Origin: Squalus acanthias
Lineage: Eukaryota
Direction of reading: 5' to 3'
Assembly: GCA_030390025.1 (NCBI GenBank)
Contig: CM059432.1
Location: 130,574,001-130,638,000, forward strand
DNA: 64,000 bases
Of the stretch, positions 1 to 12,038 are shown piece by piece. Numbering within the stretch: position 1 is the first letter of the stretch; the number at the start of each line of letters is the position of its first letter. The notes below the pieces were generated by a model, which was not told the origin of the DNA, did no database searches, and was given only the letters and a program-made list of their open reading frames with translations. The translations under genes and the position numbers were made by a program.

Positions 1-960
1 CAATGAGTACTTTGTATTGGTGATTACTAAGGAGGTGGATGCTGACAAAATATCGGTAGAAGTGGAAAAGGTAGAAGCAATGGAAGGGGTGAAAATTGAT
101 AGACAGGATGTACTAGAAAGACTGGGTATGTTTAGAGTGGATAAGTCGCCTGGTCCAGATGGCTTGCATCCCAGGTTGCAAAGGGAATTGGGAGAGGAGA
201 TAGCAGAAGGGCTTGCCATAATTTTCCAATCTTCCCTAGATGCAGGGGAGGTGCCTGAGGTTTGGAAAGTGGCAAATGTGACACTGTTGTTCAAGAAAGG
301 GTGCAAGGACAATCCTAGTAACTACAGGCCTGTCAGTTTAACATCAGTGGTGGGTAAAGTTTTAGAAACAATAATCAAGGAAAAATTTAACAGGCACTTG
401 GAGAGGTTTAAGCTAATTAAGGAGAGCCAACACGGATTTGTAAAAGGCAGATCATGTTTGACTAATCTAATTGAATTTTTTGATGAAGTAACAGGGAGGA
501 AGGGAATGCAATGGATGTTGTCTACATGGGATTTTAGGAAGGCGTTTGACAAAGTACCACATAGAAGGCTGCTTAACAAAATTGAGGCTCATGGAATGGG
601 TGGGTCAGTGGCAGCTTGGATAAGGAATTGGCTTAAGGACAGAAAACAGCAAGTTGTGGTAAATGGCTGTTTTTCCAGACTGGAGGATGGGAGACAGTGG
701 TGTTCCCCAAGGGTCACTGCTGGGGCCACTACTTTTTTTGAAATGACCTGGATATTGGAATACAGAGTAGAATTTCTAAATTTGCCGATGACACCAAACT
801 TGGGGGTGTGGCAAACAGTGAGGATATCATCAATCGACTGCAACAGGACATAGAAAGGCTAGCAGAATGGGCAGACAAGTGGCAGATGGAATTTAGTACG
901 GAGAAGTGTGAGGTGATGCATTTTGGCAGAAGGAAGGAACAGGGAGAGGCAATATACACT
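1..960 (+). mobile_element. CR1 LINE ORF2 (RT) fragment
   Basis: KSPGPDGLHPR, NYRPVSLTSVVGK, QHGFVKGRSCLTNLIEFF and DFRKAFDKVPH motifs; frameshifted. Confidence 0.92.
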
Positions 961-1065
961 TATGACTCTATTTATAGTTAGCATTCTAATGTTCGATCAA
1001 GCAGCTCAGGTTGAACGTTGTACAATTATTTACAGACTCAAGAGTATTCCTCCTCCCAAACTTAC

Positions 1066-1195
1066 CTTACTAAGAGGGTTGTGAATGCCAGCCGCCTCCA
1101 TGTAAGCTGTGATTTCATAGAACAGCGCGTTATCTTCTTTAGGGTACGGTAATGTCGGGTCCTGGTAGTGTGCTTCAACATCAGCTAACAGTGCT
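1066..1195 (-). CDS. WASHC5: WASHC5 coding exon 24 ([22 protein letters not shown]...IHNPLSK)
   Basis: 130 nt; AG/GT. Confidence 0.96.
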
Positions 1196-1317
1196 CTATA
1201 CAGAAAACACAATCTGCATGTCACAGAAAGATTCCGAAAATGTGCCATTTCTATTGAAAATACATTTGATTTAAGATTACGTTTTTCTTTCAGATACAAG
1301 GTTAAATCAAAGCTCGT

Positions 1318-1531
1318 TATGTCTGTTCAGGTGGATGTGAAACATCCCATGGCACTATTCAAACAGGAGCAGGGAATTCTCCCAGTGACCTGGCCAACAT
1401 TCATCCCTCAAACAAGCCACCAAAATGGATTAATTCTGCAAATATCTCATTGCTGTTTGTGGGACCTTGCCTTGAGAAAATTGGTTGTATTTGCTTCGAA
1501 AACAGCAGTAAATACACTTCAAAAGCAATTA
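1318..1531 (+). mobile_element. Deu-domain SINE fragment, interrupted by a Penelope-like insertion; continues at 2699-2725
   Basis: Similar to the SINE at 9866-10300 (caggtgga..atcccatggcactatt...acacttcaaaag). Confidence 0.75.
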
Positions 1532-1849
1532 CAATAGCAAAATACTACAGATGCTGGAAATCTGAAACAACAACAGAAAATGCTGGAAACACTCAGCAGG
1601 TCAGGCAGCATCCGTGGGGAGAGAAACAGAGTTAACGTTTCAGGTCTGTGACCCTTTGTCAGAACTGGAAAAAGTTAGAGTTGTAACAGGTTTTAAGCAG
1701 GTGCAGAGGCAGGGAAAGGGGGGGCGGGGTGGGGGGGAGGAAAGAACACAAGGGACGGTCTGTGACAGGGTGGAATGCAGGAGTGGTTCAATGTTGCAAA
1801 TGGGGATGGCAGAATCATCACCTGCTGCCTGAAAAAATAGGGGCAGAGG

Positions 1850-2170
1850 TTATGGTCTGTAATTGTTAAACTCAATGTTGGGTCCAAAAGTGCCTAATAG
1901 AAAGATGAGGTGCTGTTCCTCGAGCTTACGTTGAGCTTCACTGGAACAATGTAAGAGGCCGAGGACAGAGAGGTCAGAGTGGGAGTGGAGGGGAGAATTA
2001 AAGCGACAAGCGACCGGAAGCTTGGGGTCACCCTTACGGACTGAACGGAGGTGTTCCGCAAAGCGGTCACCCAATCTGCGTTTGGTCTCCCCAATGTAGA
2101 GGAGACCGCATCGTGAGCAGCGAATACAGTATACTAAATTGCAAGAAGTACAAGTAAATCGCTGTTTCAC
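1850..2170 (-). pseudogene. GIY-YIG endonuclease domain of the Penelope-like element
   Basis: CTSCNLVYCIRCSRCGLLYIGETKRRLGDRFAEH...RKLEEQHLIF. Confidence 0.88.
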
Positions 2171-2594
2171 CTGGAAGGAGTGTTTGGGGCCCTGGACAGT
2201 GGGAAGGGAGGAGGTGAAAGGGCAGGTGTTGCATCTCCTGCTCTTGCACGGGAAGAGGCTGTTGGGGGGTGATTGAGGAGTGGACCAGGGTGTTGTGGAG
2301 GGAGCAGTTCCTTCGGAATGCTGAAAGGGGAGGGGAGGGGGAAGATGTGTTTGGTGGTGGGATCATGCTGGAGGTGGCGGAAGATGATCCATTGAATGTG
2401 GAGGCTGGTGGGGTGAAAGGTGAGGACAAGGGGAACTCTATCGTGGTTCTGGAAGGGAGAAGGGGGTGAGAGCAGAAATGCGGGAAATGGAACGGACATG
2501 GTTGAGGGCCATGTCAACCACGGTAGAGGGGAAATCCTCGGTTTAGGAAAAAGGAAGACATATCGGAAGCACCGTTACATCTCTAACTTTTTCC

Positions 2595-2631
2595 AGTTCT
2601 GACGAAGGGTCACAGACCTGAAACGTTAACT
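2595..2631 (+). ncRNA. Minimal type I hammerhead ribozyme motif (intact core)
   Basis: AGTT-CTGACGA-AGGGTCacaGACCT-GAAACGTT-AACT: stem I AGTT/AACT, stem II GGTC/GACC, palindromic stem III ACGT. Confidence 0.75.
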
Positions 2632-3006
2632 CTGTTTCTCTCTCCACGGATGCTGCCTGACCTGCTGAGTGCTTCCAGCATTTTCTGTTGTTATTTCTAA
2701 AGCAATTAATTGGCTCTGAAGTGCCTGCTCCAGACTTGCAGTCTGAAACAAATGGTTCCAGAACTCAGTGAAGGTAATTGAAAATAAAAATCCAAACATT
2801 GATCTTAAAGGCAGGAAATAACTCAACTGGTAAGTACCATCCTGCTATGGTACTTACCAGTAGAGCTACCTTCTCTTTTAACCAGCACTAGAGTCATTGA
2901 ATGCTTCGTGCACTATTGGCAACTGGAAGTTGTATATGAGGGACTGTGAAGTGCTGTGTTCCTAGAAGAATTCCTTTTTTAGTGTCCAGGATGAAAAATG
3001 TTCTTA

Positions 3007-3111
<105 letters not shown>

Positions 3112-3885
3112 CTACACATTAAAAATAAGCAAGACGATAAAGATTAATCTCATAAATTAACACAATAGATTAAGACAGCATTTAGCTACTGGATATGTAT
3201 TCATAAGCTGCAAAGCAAGTTTAACTTAATAGGAAATATAACGGATAGGTTTAAAATTCTTCCAACCTAATAATAATCAGGAATTTCCATTATTTTCAAT
3301 TGCAATTCCACACAGTTTCAATTCACTGTTGGCAAATGCATTTTATGATGTGTAAACCAGGCTACAAAATATTTTACAGCATAAGTAGCTCTTGCAGTGT
3401 AAAAACTAAGTTAAATGTTCAAAACTGCAGAAAAGTACTTAATAGTAACAAATCTCATTTCCATGACTCACCATCCTAACCCTGCCACACAAACAAACTT
3501 CTCTAATTAATTAGACATAATGACATAAAACACTACTCATGCAAGCCACACACACACACACACTGCACAGCAAGACATTGGGCTGGATTTCTTGATGGAG
3601 AGATACACTGTGGATTAACGTCTGTGACTGAGGTCACTCGAGGTTGTCGGGAATGACCCAACGACACAAAAGTTCAGTGCTGTCATTTTAACAGCTAGTG
3701 ACAACGCACTGCTGCTCACTGAGCTGGACTGCAAGACTGTGGCCTGCATCTGGCACAGCACCCCCAATAGCCTCAGGGGGTGAAGTACAGCCTTCTAATA
3801 CATTGCCATGTGAAAAAAAATCAAGACAGGACCTGCAAGGTCTATAAACCCTCGGAGGTAGGCACAACAATGACTGCACTGTACT

Positions 3886-4065
3886 TACAGAAACTGCTGG
3901 AAATACTCAGCCGGTCAGGCAGCATCTGTGGAGAGAGAAACAGAGTGGCCTTTCATCACCAACCTGAAACGTTAACTCGGTGTCTCTCTCCGCAGATGCT
4001 GCCTGACCCGCTGAGCATTTCCTGTTTTTATTTCAGATTTCCAGCATCCGCAGTATTTGCTTTTG
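3886..4065. mobile_element. Fold-back remnant of the same Penelope-like pseudo-LTR
   Basis: ctcagccggtcaggcagcatctg...cagatgctgcctgacccgctgag inverted arms. Confidence 0.75.
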
Positions 4066-4869
4066 CTTCAAAAGTTGTTAATTGGCTGCGAAGCACTTTA
4101 TGACGTCCTGAAAGACTCAATGTGTTGGGAAGCAGCGTTTTCTGTGATGACTCTCTCTCTACGGTCCTCCAAAGTAGCCTCGTCCGTAATCCTCATCCTC
4201 CTGCTCCTCTCCATATTACAGGCAAAAAGGGGATTCTCATGGGGTAATCCATCACTCCATTTCAAAATTTTACTTTTTATGCAACACACTGCAAATGGCA
4301 GGAGACCTCTTCCGTGAAGTTCCCAAGTACAAGGTGCCCATCCTCTCAGCTGCAGACGGTGAACAGGGCAGGAAAACTCAGAAAAGAGGGACGACAAAAA
4401 AACTAAAAAAAAGGGTGTCTCGTTCTCCCGCAAGGGGTGCAAGCAAACTGAGTAGTCAATAGTAATGAATGAATTAACACAATAATATTCCACTATGATT
4501 CTGTGCTATTTTACCTTTCTTCCAAGGGCTGCTCTCAAAAAAAAAATGATAATCTTTTACTGATGCTTTTACGTTTACTAAAAACACCAAGGTCTCCTTG
4601 GTCAGAATCCTTCCGGTCAGAGACGTGGTCAAATGACCTGCTCCCACCCAGTTCTCTGCCCAAGCCTTTCTGGGTGACGGAGATGTACAAACCAGCACCT
4701 GGACAATTTGGCTGCCATTTTTACCTGCCTCCTGGTGGGAAGTGTTTCGCCTTCATTTGCTTTGCCCGAGACGGAATAAGGAGGACACCTTGTGGAGATC
4801 ATTAACTCAGTGTCAAAACACGTTGCTGCTCCTACTTTCTATATCCCCAACTCAACGAGAACACATTTT

Positions 4870-5170
4870 TACAACAACAACAACTTGTATTTATATAACA
4901 ACAACTTGTATTTATATAGCGCCTTTAAACGTAGTAAAACGTCCCAGACGCTTCACAGGAGTGTTATAAGACAAACATTTGACACCGAACCACATAGGGA
5001 GAAATTAGGACAGATGGCCAAAAGCTTGGTCAAAGGTAGGTTTTAAGGAGCGTCTTAAAAGGAGGTAGAGGGGTTTAGGGGGGGAATTCCAGAGCTTAGG
5101 GCCAAGGCAGCTGAAGGCACGGCCGCCAAAGGTTGAGGCACTATATAAATACAAGTTATTGTTGTTGTTT
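4870..5170 (-). mobile_element. L2 LINE 3' end, with a short inverted tail copy
   Basis: (caa)n tail plus tatttatatagcgcct motif, same as the copy at 22374-22836. Confidence 0.7.
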
Positions 5171-5254
5171 TATTTACTGTAAAACAAAAGTCCAGAAAAT
5201 ACAAAACAAAAGTAGAAAACCCAACATAATAATGTATATCTACAAAGCGATTAC

Positions 5255-5334
5255 CTTTAGAACAGAATCCTGATATGACGACCAGATCTTCTGGGTTTTT
5301 ACCACTGCTGCAGAATACACTTTGCTGGAATTCA
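5255..5334 (-). CDS. WASHC5: WASHC5 coding exon 22 (NSSKVYSAAVVKTQKIWSSYQDSVLK)
   Basis: 80 nt; AG/GT; KTQKIW motif. Confidence 0.92.
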
Positions 5335-5879
5335 CTAGAGTTGATGGAATGAAAAGTAACCTACAGTAAGGCATCCACAAATGAAGGCTTTTATGTTACT
5401 TTTTCCAAGTTCTTTTCTTCCACATTTCTTGCACAGCTTTATTTTCCCCCCTAGACAGGATCAGCACTACCCCTCTCCTCTATGAAGCAGCAAGCAATCT
5501 GGCTCAATGACTCTTTACTGAGGAACACCGATGACTGCTGCAAGGGAGCAGAATTTATGGGGGGTTACTGGTCAAGTTTCCTAGATGGAATCATATTACT
5601 CCTGCAGTGTTGCTACAAAACGTCCAGCAAAGCACCAGAAAGTGCAAGGGAGATAAATGAAAAGTAGTGTTACAGTTCAGGGCATCTCCCAACGCCCTTT
5701 ACTCAAGCTCACCGTAAAAGGCAGCTTCCATAAACAGTCCCACACCTTTTATGATCCAAAAGTTACGCGCAATAAATGGGATGTAGCACCTTTCACGTCT
5801 AATAATCTATGCTTTTGCTACAAAATTATACCAGATATAGTGTAGGCAGTAACTAAATGGCATAACTTAAGATTGCCAC

Positions 5880-6120
5880 CAAAAGAACAAAGGGAGGGAT
5901 TAGGAGAAATTGTTGTACGCAGTAGGTTTTTTAAACGATATGAATGCCCTACCATAAGCAGTGGTGGAAGCAGAGTCCACAATAACTTAAAAAGGAAATG
6001 GATAAATACTGGAAAGAAAAATTTAAACGGGCAAGAAGAAAGGAACGAGAGTAGGACTAAGTGAATAGCTCTTTCAGAGAGCCCGCACAGGCTCAACGGG
6101 CCGAAGGGCCTCTTTCTATG
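5880..6120 (+). mobile_element. CR1 LINE 3' end fragment
   Basis: gtggtggaagcagagtcc...gggccgaagggcct 3'UTR-like sequence. Confidence 0.6.
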
Positions 6121-6226
6121 TTCCTGGCTTTCTTCAGTGCATAGAATTTACAGCACAGAAACAGGCCATTCGGCCCAACCGGTCTATACCGGTGTTTATG
6201 CTCCACATAAGCCTCCTCTCACCTTA

Positions 6227-7154
6227 GTTAAGAACATAAGAAATAGGAGCAGGAGTAGGCCAATCGGCCCCTCGAGCCTGCTCCGCCATTCAATAAGATC
6301 ATGGCTGATCTGATCCTAACCTCAAATCTAAAGAACAAGAAGTAGGAGCAGGACCCGACCACTCAGCCCCTGGGCCCGCTACGCCACCCACAGGGCCTCG
6401 ACCGATCCGAACTCAGCCTCATGTCCAATTTCCTGCCCGCTCCCCGTAACCCCTAATTCCCTTTACTTCTAGGAAACTGTCTATTTCTGTTTTAAATTTA
6501 TTTAATGATGTAGCTTCCACAGCTTCCTGGGGCAGCAAATTCCACAGACCTACTACCCTCTGAGTGAAGAAGTTTCTCCTCATCTCAGTTTTGAAAGAGC
6601 AGCCCCTTATTCTAAGATTATGCCCCCTAGTTCTAGTTTCACCCATCCTTGGGAACATCCTTACCGCATCCACCCGATCAAGCCCCTTCACAATCTTATA
6701 TGTTTCAATAAGATCGCCTCTCATTCTTCTGAACTCCAATGAGTAGAATCCCAATCTACTCAACCTCTCCTCATGTGTCCACCCCCTCATCCCGGGGATT
6801 AACCGAGTGAACCTTCTTTGTACTGCCTCGAGAGCAAGTATGTCTTTTCTTAAGTATGGACACCAAAACTGTATGCAGTATTCCAGATGCGGTCTCACCA
6901 ATACCTTATATAACTGCAGCAATACCTCCCTGTTTTTATAATCTATCCCCCTAGCAATAAAAGCCAACATTCCGTTGGCCTTCTTGATCACCTGCTGCAC
7001 CTGCATACTAACTTTTTGATTTTCTTGCACTAGGACCCCCAGATCCCTTTGTACTGCAGTACTTTCCAGTTTCTCGCCATTAAGATAATAACTTGCTCTC
7101 TGATTTTTCCTGCCAAAGTGCATAACCTCACATTTTCCAATATTGTATTGTTCT
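6227..7154 (-). mobile_element. Young CR1 LINE 3' fragment nested in an older CR1 (~6135-7475)
   Basis: Uninterrupted 234-aa ORF 6419-7123 (LYKVLVRPHLEYC, RRMRGDLIETYKI); TSD TCTCACCTTA at 6217-6226 and 7155-7164. Confidence 0.9.
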
Positions 7155-8509
7155 TCTCACCTTATCAACATATCCTTCTATTCCTTTCTCCCTCATCCAG
7201 CTTCCCCTTAATTGTATCTGTTCTATTCGCCTCAACCACTCCCTGTGGTAGAGAGTTCCACATTCTCACCACTCGCTGAGTGAAGAAGTTTCTCTTGAAT
7301 TCTTAGTGACTATCTTATATTTATGGTCTCTAGTTTTGGACTCCCCCGCAAAAGTGGAAATCTCTTCTCCACATCTACCCCATTAAACCCCTTCTTCATT
7401 ATTTTAAAGACCTCGGTCAGGTCAATTCGCAGTCTTCCCTTTTCTGGAGAAAAGAGCCCCAGCCTGTTCAGTCTTTAAAGATTATATTAAACTCTTGAAT
7501 CCAATGAAACAAGTCATTCTGGGATTCATAATCCTTTAAAATTCTTTTGAAGGCGTTTTACACAAGTGCACACCTTTGCATTCACCGAGTTGTCTCTCTT
7601 TAGGTGATCTGATGATACAGCTGCTCAAAATGAACTCAAGAAATGGCCTACACTCCGATATATCACACCCTAAGGGGCCCCTGAATACAGAACTGTGAAT
7701 GAAGACAGTTCAAAGACACAATGGGGTGTCAGGAGCATAGGGACACATGATAAGCAAACGTCTGCACCTCTTCCAGGCCCAGCATATCAAATTAATACTT
7801 GGATGAGGCACAATCAGATTAATTTTAGGAACAGTTCTATATGCAAGTACTGATTGCAGATCAAAGCACCTGGTTTATACTCTGCAGACTGCCCCCTCCC
7901 AGGCCAGCATTACATTTTGTGACGAGTAGATGACACAGCTACCATTTTAACACTAGTTAGTTCAAAATCATTCAAATGTTAAAGTTATGATAGAAAAATT
8001 AAAACACAATGTTCTACTTCTCACCAGGATGAAGCTCAGCTTCAGTGACAAGCAATGTGAACGCACGATCTTCAGGTTGCTTTGAGAGAGCTATATATCA
8101 CACTGGGATAATGCAGTCAGCTTAATTATTTTCTTCTTACTCTTGCCCTTTCGGGGTTGAAGAGGTGACTTAATTAATCATCTCCCTCGATCTCAGCAAC
8201 TCACTCCTCGAGGTGGTGTGCTTGAGAGATGTGGGAATTTTCCAGCTGTACCTTCAACAATCTGGCAGAGACACAGAAAGTGCCCCTCAGAGGGAGGGAA
8301 GTCCGCATATGAATCCGATACCCTCATTTGTGTAGGCTTTCCTTTCTTTCAGAAGAAAAACATGCGGCTGTTGGGACACAGCAAGGGAAATAACTAAACT
8401 CTGAATCAACAGGCTTTGCGGCTTCCACAAGAATCTGAAATGGCAGCATTTGTAGAGTAACAGAAAATGAGTGAAATTCAAATTCTGGTTTGTTGTCAAG
8501 TAAAATAAT

Positions 8510-9269
8510 GGCCCAGAAATTAAACAGTGAGTGTTCCCGCGGGGGTAAGGCTTCCCCGCGATATCTCACTCCGCGCCTACCTTTTTCCTCCGGGCCCACA
8601 CGAACTTTAGTTTCAAGGCCAGTCCCACATGCAGCTGTGCAGTGTGTGCGTATCCCAGAGGCGCAATTAGTTCGTGCGAGCTCTGGGATCACGTGATTCA
8701 GTTAGAGCCAATGGCAGCACACCATCTTTCATTCATAGTTTTCACAGCAAGAGCTGTCAAAGCTATGAATCCTACACACCCCCAAAAGAACAGCTAAACC
8801 TCAATTAAATTAAAAAAAAGCCATCACATTAATAAAATAAGTATAGTTAAATAAATTAACCACTTTAAACAAAAAATTAAATTTTTGAAAAAATTTAAAA
8901 TCTTTTTAAAAGTTATAAAAATAAACTTACCTTTCTTTAAAGTCTCTAAAAAAGATAAACCTGTTGAAAAAAATTTTAAATACTTAATTAACTACTTACC
9001 TTGTTAAAAGAGGGTCTTACACCTCCTTTTTTCATGTGTAAAATCTTCCATGCTTACCTGCGCGTTCAAAGCTGCAAAAATAACTAAGTGCACTGCGTGC
9101 GCGCAGCCTGTAGCGCGCACGCGGTTCACTTAGGAACCGCCCCCTTTTGAATTCACGAAGTGCCGGTTTCCCGCGCATGCGCAGTGCATGCAGGAAACCG
9201 GCAATTGGAGACCTAAAACGCGAGAGTACACAGTGCGTACTCTCGCGTATTAGGTCTAATTTTCGGGCC
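8510..9269. mobile_element. Non-autonomous DNA transposon (MITE), probably Harbinger-type
   Basis: Imperfect TIRs ggcccagaaattaaac / ggcccgaaaattagac (13/16); GC-rich palindromic ends, AT-rich core; no clean TSD. Confidence 0.65.
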
Positions 9270-9515
9270 ATGAATAGAAATTAAATCAATTTTAAAAGTC
9301 TTCACACAATCTTCCGTCCTGAGAATTAACACATTTTCTTTAACAAATTTTTATATATGCTTTCCAAATTATTTTTCCATTCATGTAACGTATACTTACA
9401 ATAAGGTATTAACTAACCAAGCACATATGGCATTGTAAAATCAGCTGGAAGAGATAATGCCAGAAGCTACCATACAATACACCCTCTAAACTCCTCCCTT
9501 GTCTAAATGACTTAC

Positions 9516-9618
9516 CTATGATTCCTTTTACTGGATTTACATGATGCTGAAAGGGTTTAATCGTGTCCATCACAGCCTTGTCCCTCAGCACATTTCTATG
9601 AAGCATATCTAAGAAAAT
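9516..9618 (-). CDS. WASHC5: WASHC5 coding exon 21 (IFLDMLHRNVLRDKAVMDTIKPFQHHVNPVKGII)
   Basis: 103 nt; AG/GT; more divergent sequence, but position and phase fit. Confidence 0.9.
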
Positions 9619-9865
9619 CTATAAAACAAAATAATGATTTACCAAGACCAGCACCAATAATCTTGCAATACTGGATTTTTCCTGCTTAGTACTATTTAGC
9701 AAAATTTTAAACTAAGTGACTAACAAGGGCATTCCATGTTCAATAATTGAAAAATTTTACAAGCAGTTAGTCTGTTCAAAAGTTGCCTCGCACAAAATCA
9801 TTGGCTTCCGCTCCTTTTCATTTAAGGACTAAATGGAAAGATTTCATCTGTTCACTATTCACAGT

Positions 9866-10300
9866 GTCAGCTGTAGCTCAGTGGGTAGCACACTCGCCTC
9901 CGAGTCAGAAGGTTGTCGGTTCAAGTCCCACTCCAATGCAGTCCTGAGGGAGTGCTGCACAGTCAGAGGTGCTGTCTTTCGGATGAGACATTAAACCGAA
10001 GCGGTCTGCTCGCTCAGGTGGACGTAAAAGATCCCATGGCACTATTTCGAAGAAGAGCAGTGGAGTTATCCCCAATGTCCTGTCCAATATTTATCCCTCA
10101 ATCAACATGACCAAAAAAACAGATTATCTGGTCATTATCATATTGGCTGTTTTGGTGTTTGTGGAAGCTTGCTGTGCGCAAATTGGCTGCCACGTTTCCC
10201 ACATTACAACAGTGACTACACTTCAAAAGAAGACTGTAAAGCGCTTTGCGACGTCCAGTGGTCGTGAAAGGTGCTATATAAATATAAGTCTTTTTTTCTT
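9866..10300 (+). mobile_element. Near full-length tRNA-headed Deu-domain SINE (SacSINE1/AmnSINE1-like)
   Basis: A box TAGCTCAGTGG, B box GTTCAAGTC, Deu-like core GATGAGACATTAAACCGA...GATCCCATGGCACTATT, L2-like tail gtgctatataaat. Confidence 0.82.
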
Positions 10301-10649
10301 TCTATTTGTACCAAAATCATGAATATAAAGAATCCATTTAGAATTTTCAACAAATAGCAAACAGAGGAAATCTTCCCCCAAAGTCTTGCCTTCAGGAACC
10401 ATCAGTATTGATATTGCTTTCCCAATCTGCGAACATATGAAAAAGGACAGGAAAAGACTATCTAGCCTGTCCCATCCATAGTGCAGCATTCTTGCACTAC
10501 CCTGTCGCACAATCTGCTGGGAGAGGCAGAAAAACAAATAAGGCCAATTTAGAGGAGAAAAAAACACGGGGAAATTCCTCTCCGACCCCCAAAGTCAATA
10601 AAGCAAAGCTCCACAAGACTGCAGTATCTTGGTATCTAATCAAGTCTAT

Positions 10650-11001
10650 AGTCCTGATTTTAACTCGGAGCGGAAATAAGGTGAGCGGAGGCAAAGACGA
10701 GCGGCAAACCGCCCCCAACCTCGGCAGCACGAGGCCTAGGCGATTTTAACTCCCGCACTTCATTTGCATGCCCCCTCCAAAACCGTCGGGAAGCGGCAGC
10801 TGACATCATCGGAGCGCGACCTGCATATTTACAGAAGGATCCCGCTGTCTTCTGGTGGGAGTGTCTCTCACCTGCTCAGGTGAGCAGGTCAAAATTGTAA
10901 ACTGCGGGTATGGAGTGGCACGTTGGCAGCCAAGTCTCCTGGGTGATTTTACCTGCCTATTCGACCGGTTTCCTCTGGGTGGGCAGGGTTAAAATCGCTC
11001 C
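10650..11001. mobile_element. Probable MITE
   Basis: Terminal gattttaac / gttaaaatc inverted motif, repeated internally; CpG-rich. Confidence 0.45.
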
Positions 11002-11204
11002 GTGTTTTCACATTTTATACTGATGCCCCTCAGTCCTTTTCTCATCTAGCCCAAATAACCAATCCACCCAAACATAATCTATTCCCCTTTATCAATCATT
11101 TTTAAAAGCCTCAATCACATTACCTTGAAGTCTACTATTCTACATTGGGGGAAAAATTCGTAGTTCCCGGAACCCATCGCGATAGCAACAAGCCCAGAGA
11201 ATAG

Positions 11205-11455
11205 GTTATCATTCCGGTGGCCCTTCTCTGGATGTTCTCCAAGGCCGTGAGATCCCCCACATGTCTTGTTTATATAGAACTATCCTAACTGTACATTGTA
11301 ACAAACTATTTGCTTCCCTTGTGGCCTCGCAACACTGGATGTGGGCCTTTAACGTTGCATGAACTACGACACTCTCCTGTGTCGCTCTCTTTAGTGGGTA
11401 ACCCTGCATGGTATACACATGCCTGGAATTACCCCGGCCCAAATGTATCATGCTG
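11205..11455 (-). mobile_element. Old CR1 fragment
   Basis: Degenerate IHLGRGNSRHVYTM...REANSLL translation. Confidence 0.5.
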
Positions 11456-11787
11456 TTCCTGTTTCATATTAAAATGAGCAGAGGGTTGATGAGAGAAGCA
11501 AGTGAATTGGTTGGGAAGGATTGAAGAGGAGTCAGCAAGTGTATGTATGTGTGGGGGGAGAAACCGCACCTTCAATCCCAAAATGCTACAGAGTAGATTA
11601 TCAACACTGTTCTAAATTGGTTCATATGAAAAATTTAAAAAAAAACTATTCATTATTACAGGCAACAGAAAAGTACACAAAGATTTAAAAATAAATACAA
11701 AGCCTCACACATAACTAAGCAGGTATACAGAATACAGAGTTAAAATAAGAGTGTGTGAATATCAGGTCCGGAATAGGGATCTCTTAC

Positions 11788-11950
11788 CTGGATCTCCTTA
11801 ACGATCATGAAGCAGAGCAGTCTGTCCAGCCCATTCAGCCCAAACGTGCCTAAAGAATTCTGGATTTCTGAGAAGAGCTGTTTGTTGGTCACTTCCTGGT
11901 GAGTCTTCATGTCATACCAGGTGTTTATCTGGTCAATGTAGCAGGTCATT
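11788..11950 (-). CDS. WASHC5: WASHC5 coding exon 20 ([13 protein letters not shown]...[11 protein letters not shown])
   Basis: 163 nt; AG/GT. Confidence 0.96.
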
Positions 11951-12038
11951 CTGAGCAAAAAAGAAATCCAATAAAAGGACTGCCCTCCATCACTTTAAAA
12001 GGATCGGTGTGTAGAAAGGGGCCCGACTGGAGTACAGA

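Larger units (their letters stand above)
1532..2698 (-). mobile_element. Penelope-like retroelement, 5'-truncated, with inverted pseudo-LTRs
   Basis: GIY-YIG ORF; about 120-bp inverted repeats at ~1563-1680 and ~2581-2697; TSD AAAGCAATTA at 1522-1531 and 2699-2708. Confidence 0.88.

Noticed and set aside
4295..4462. Short basic ORF MAGDLFREVPKYKVPILS...KKLKKRVSRSP with faint RPS25-like EVPKYK
   Set aside because: Similarity is limited to a few residues, with no poly(A), TSD or splice support; a protein search would be needed.
9866..9940. tRNA gene
   Set aside because: A and B boxes are present but run directly into a SINE body and tail, so this is a SINE head.
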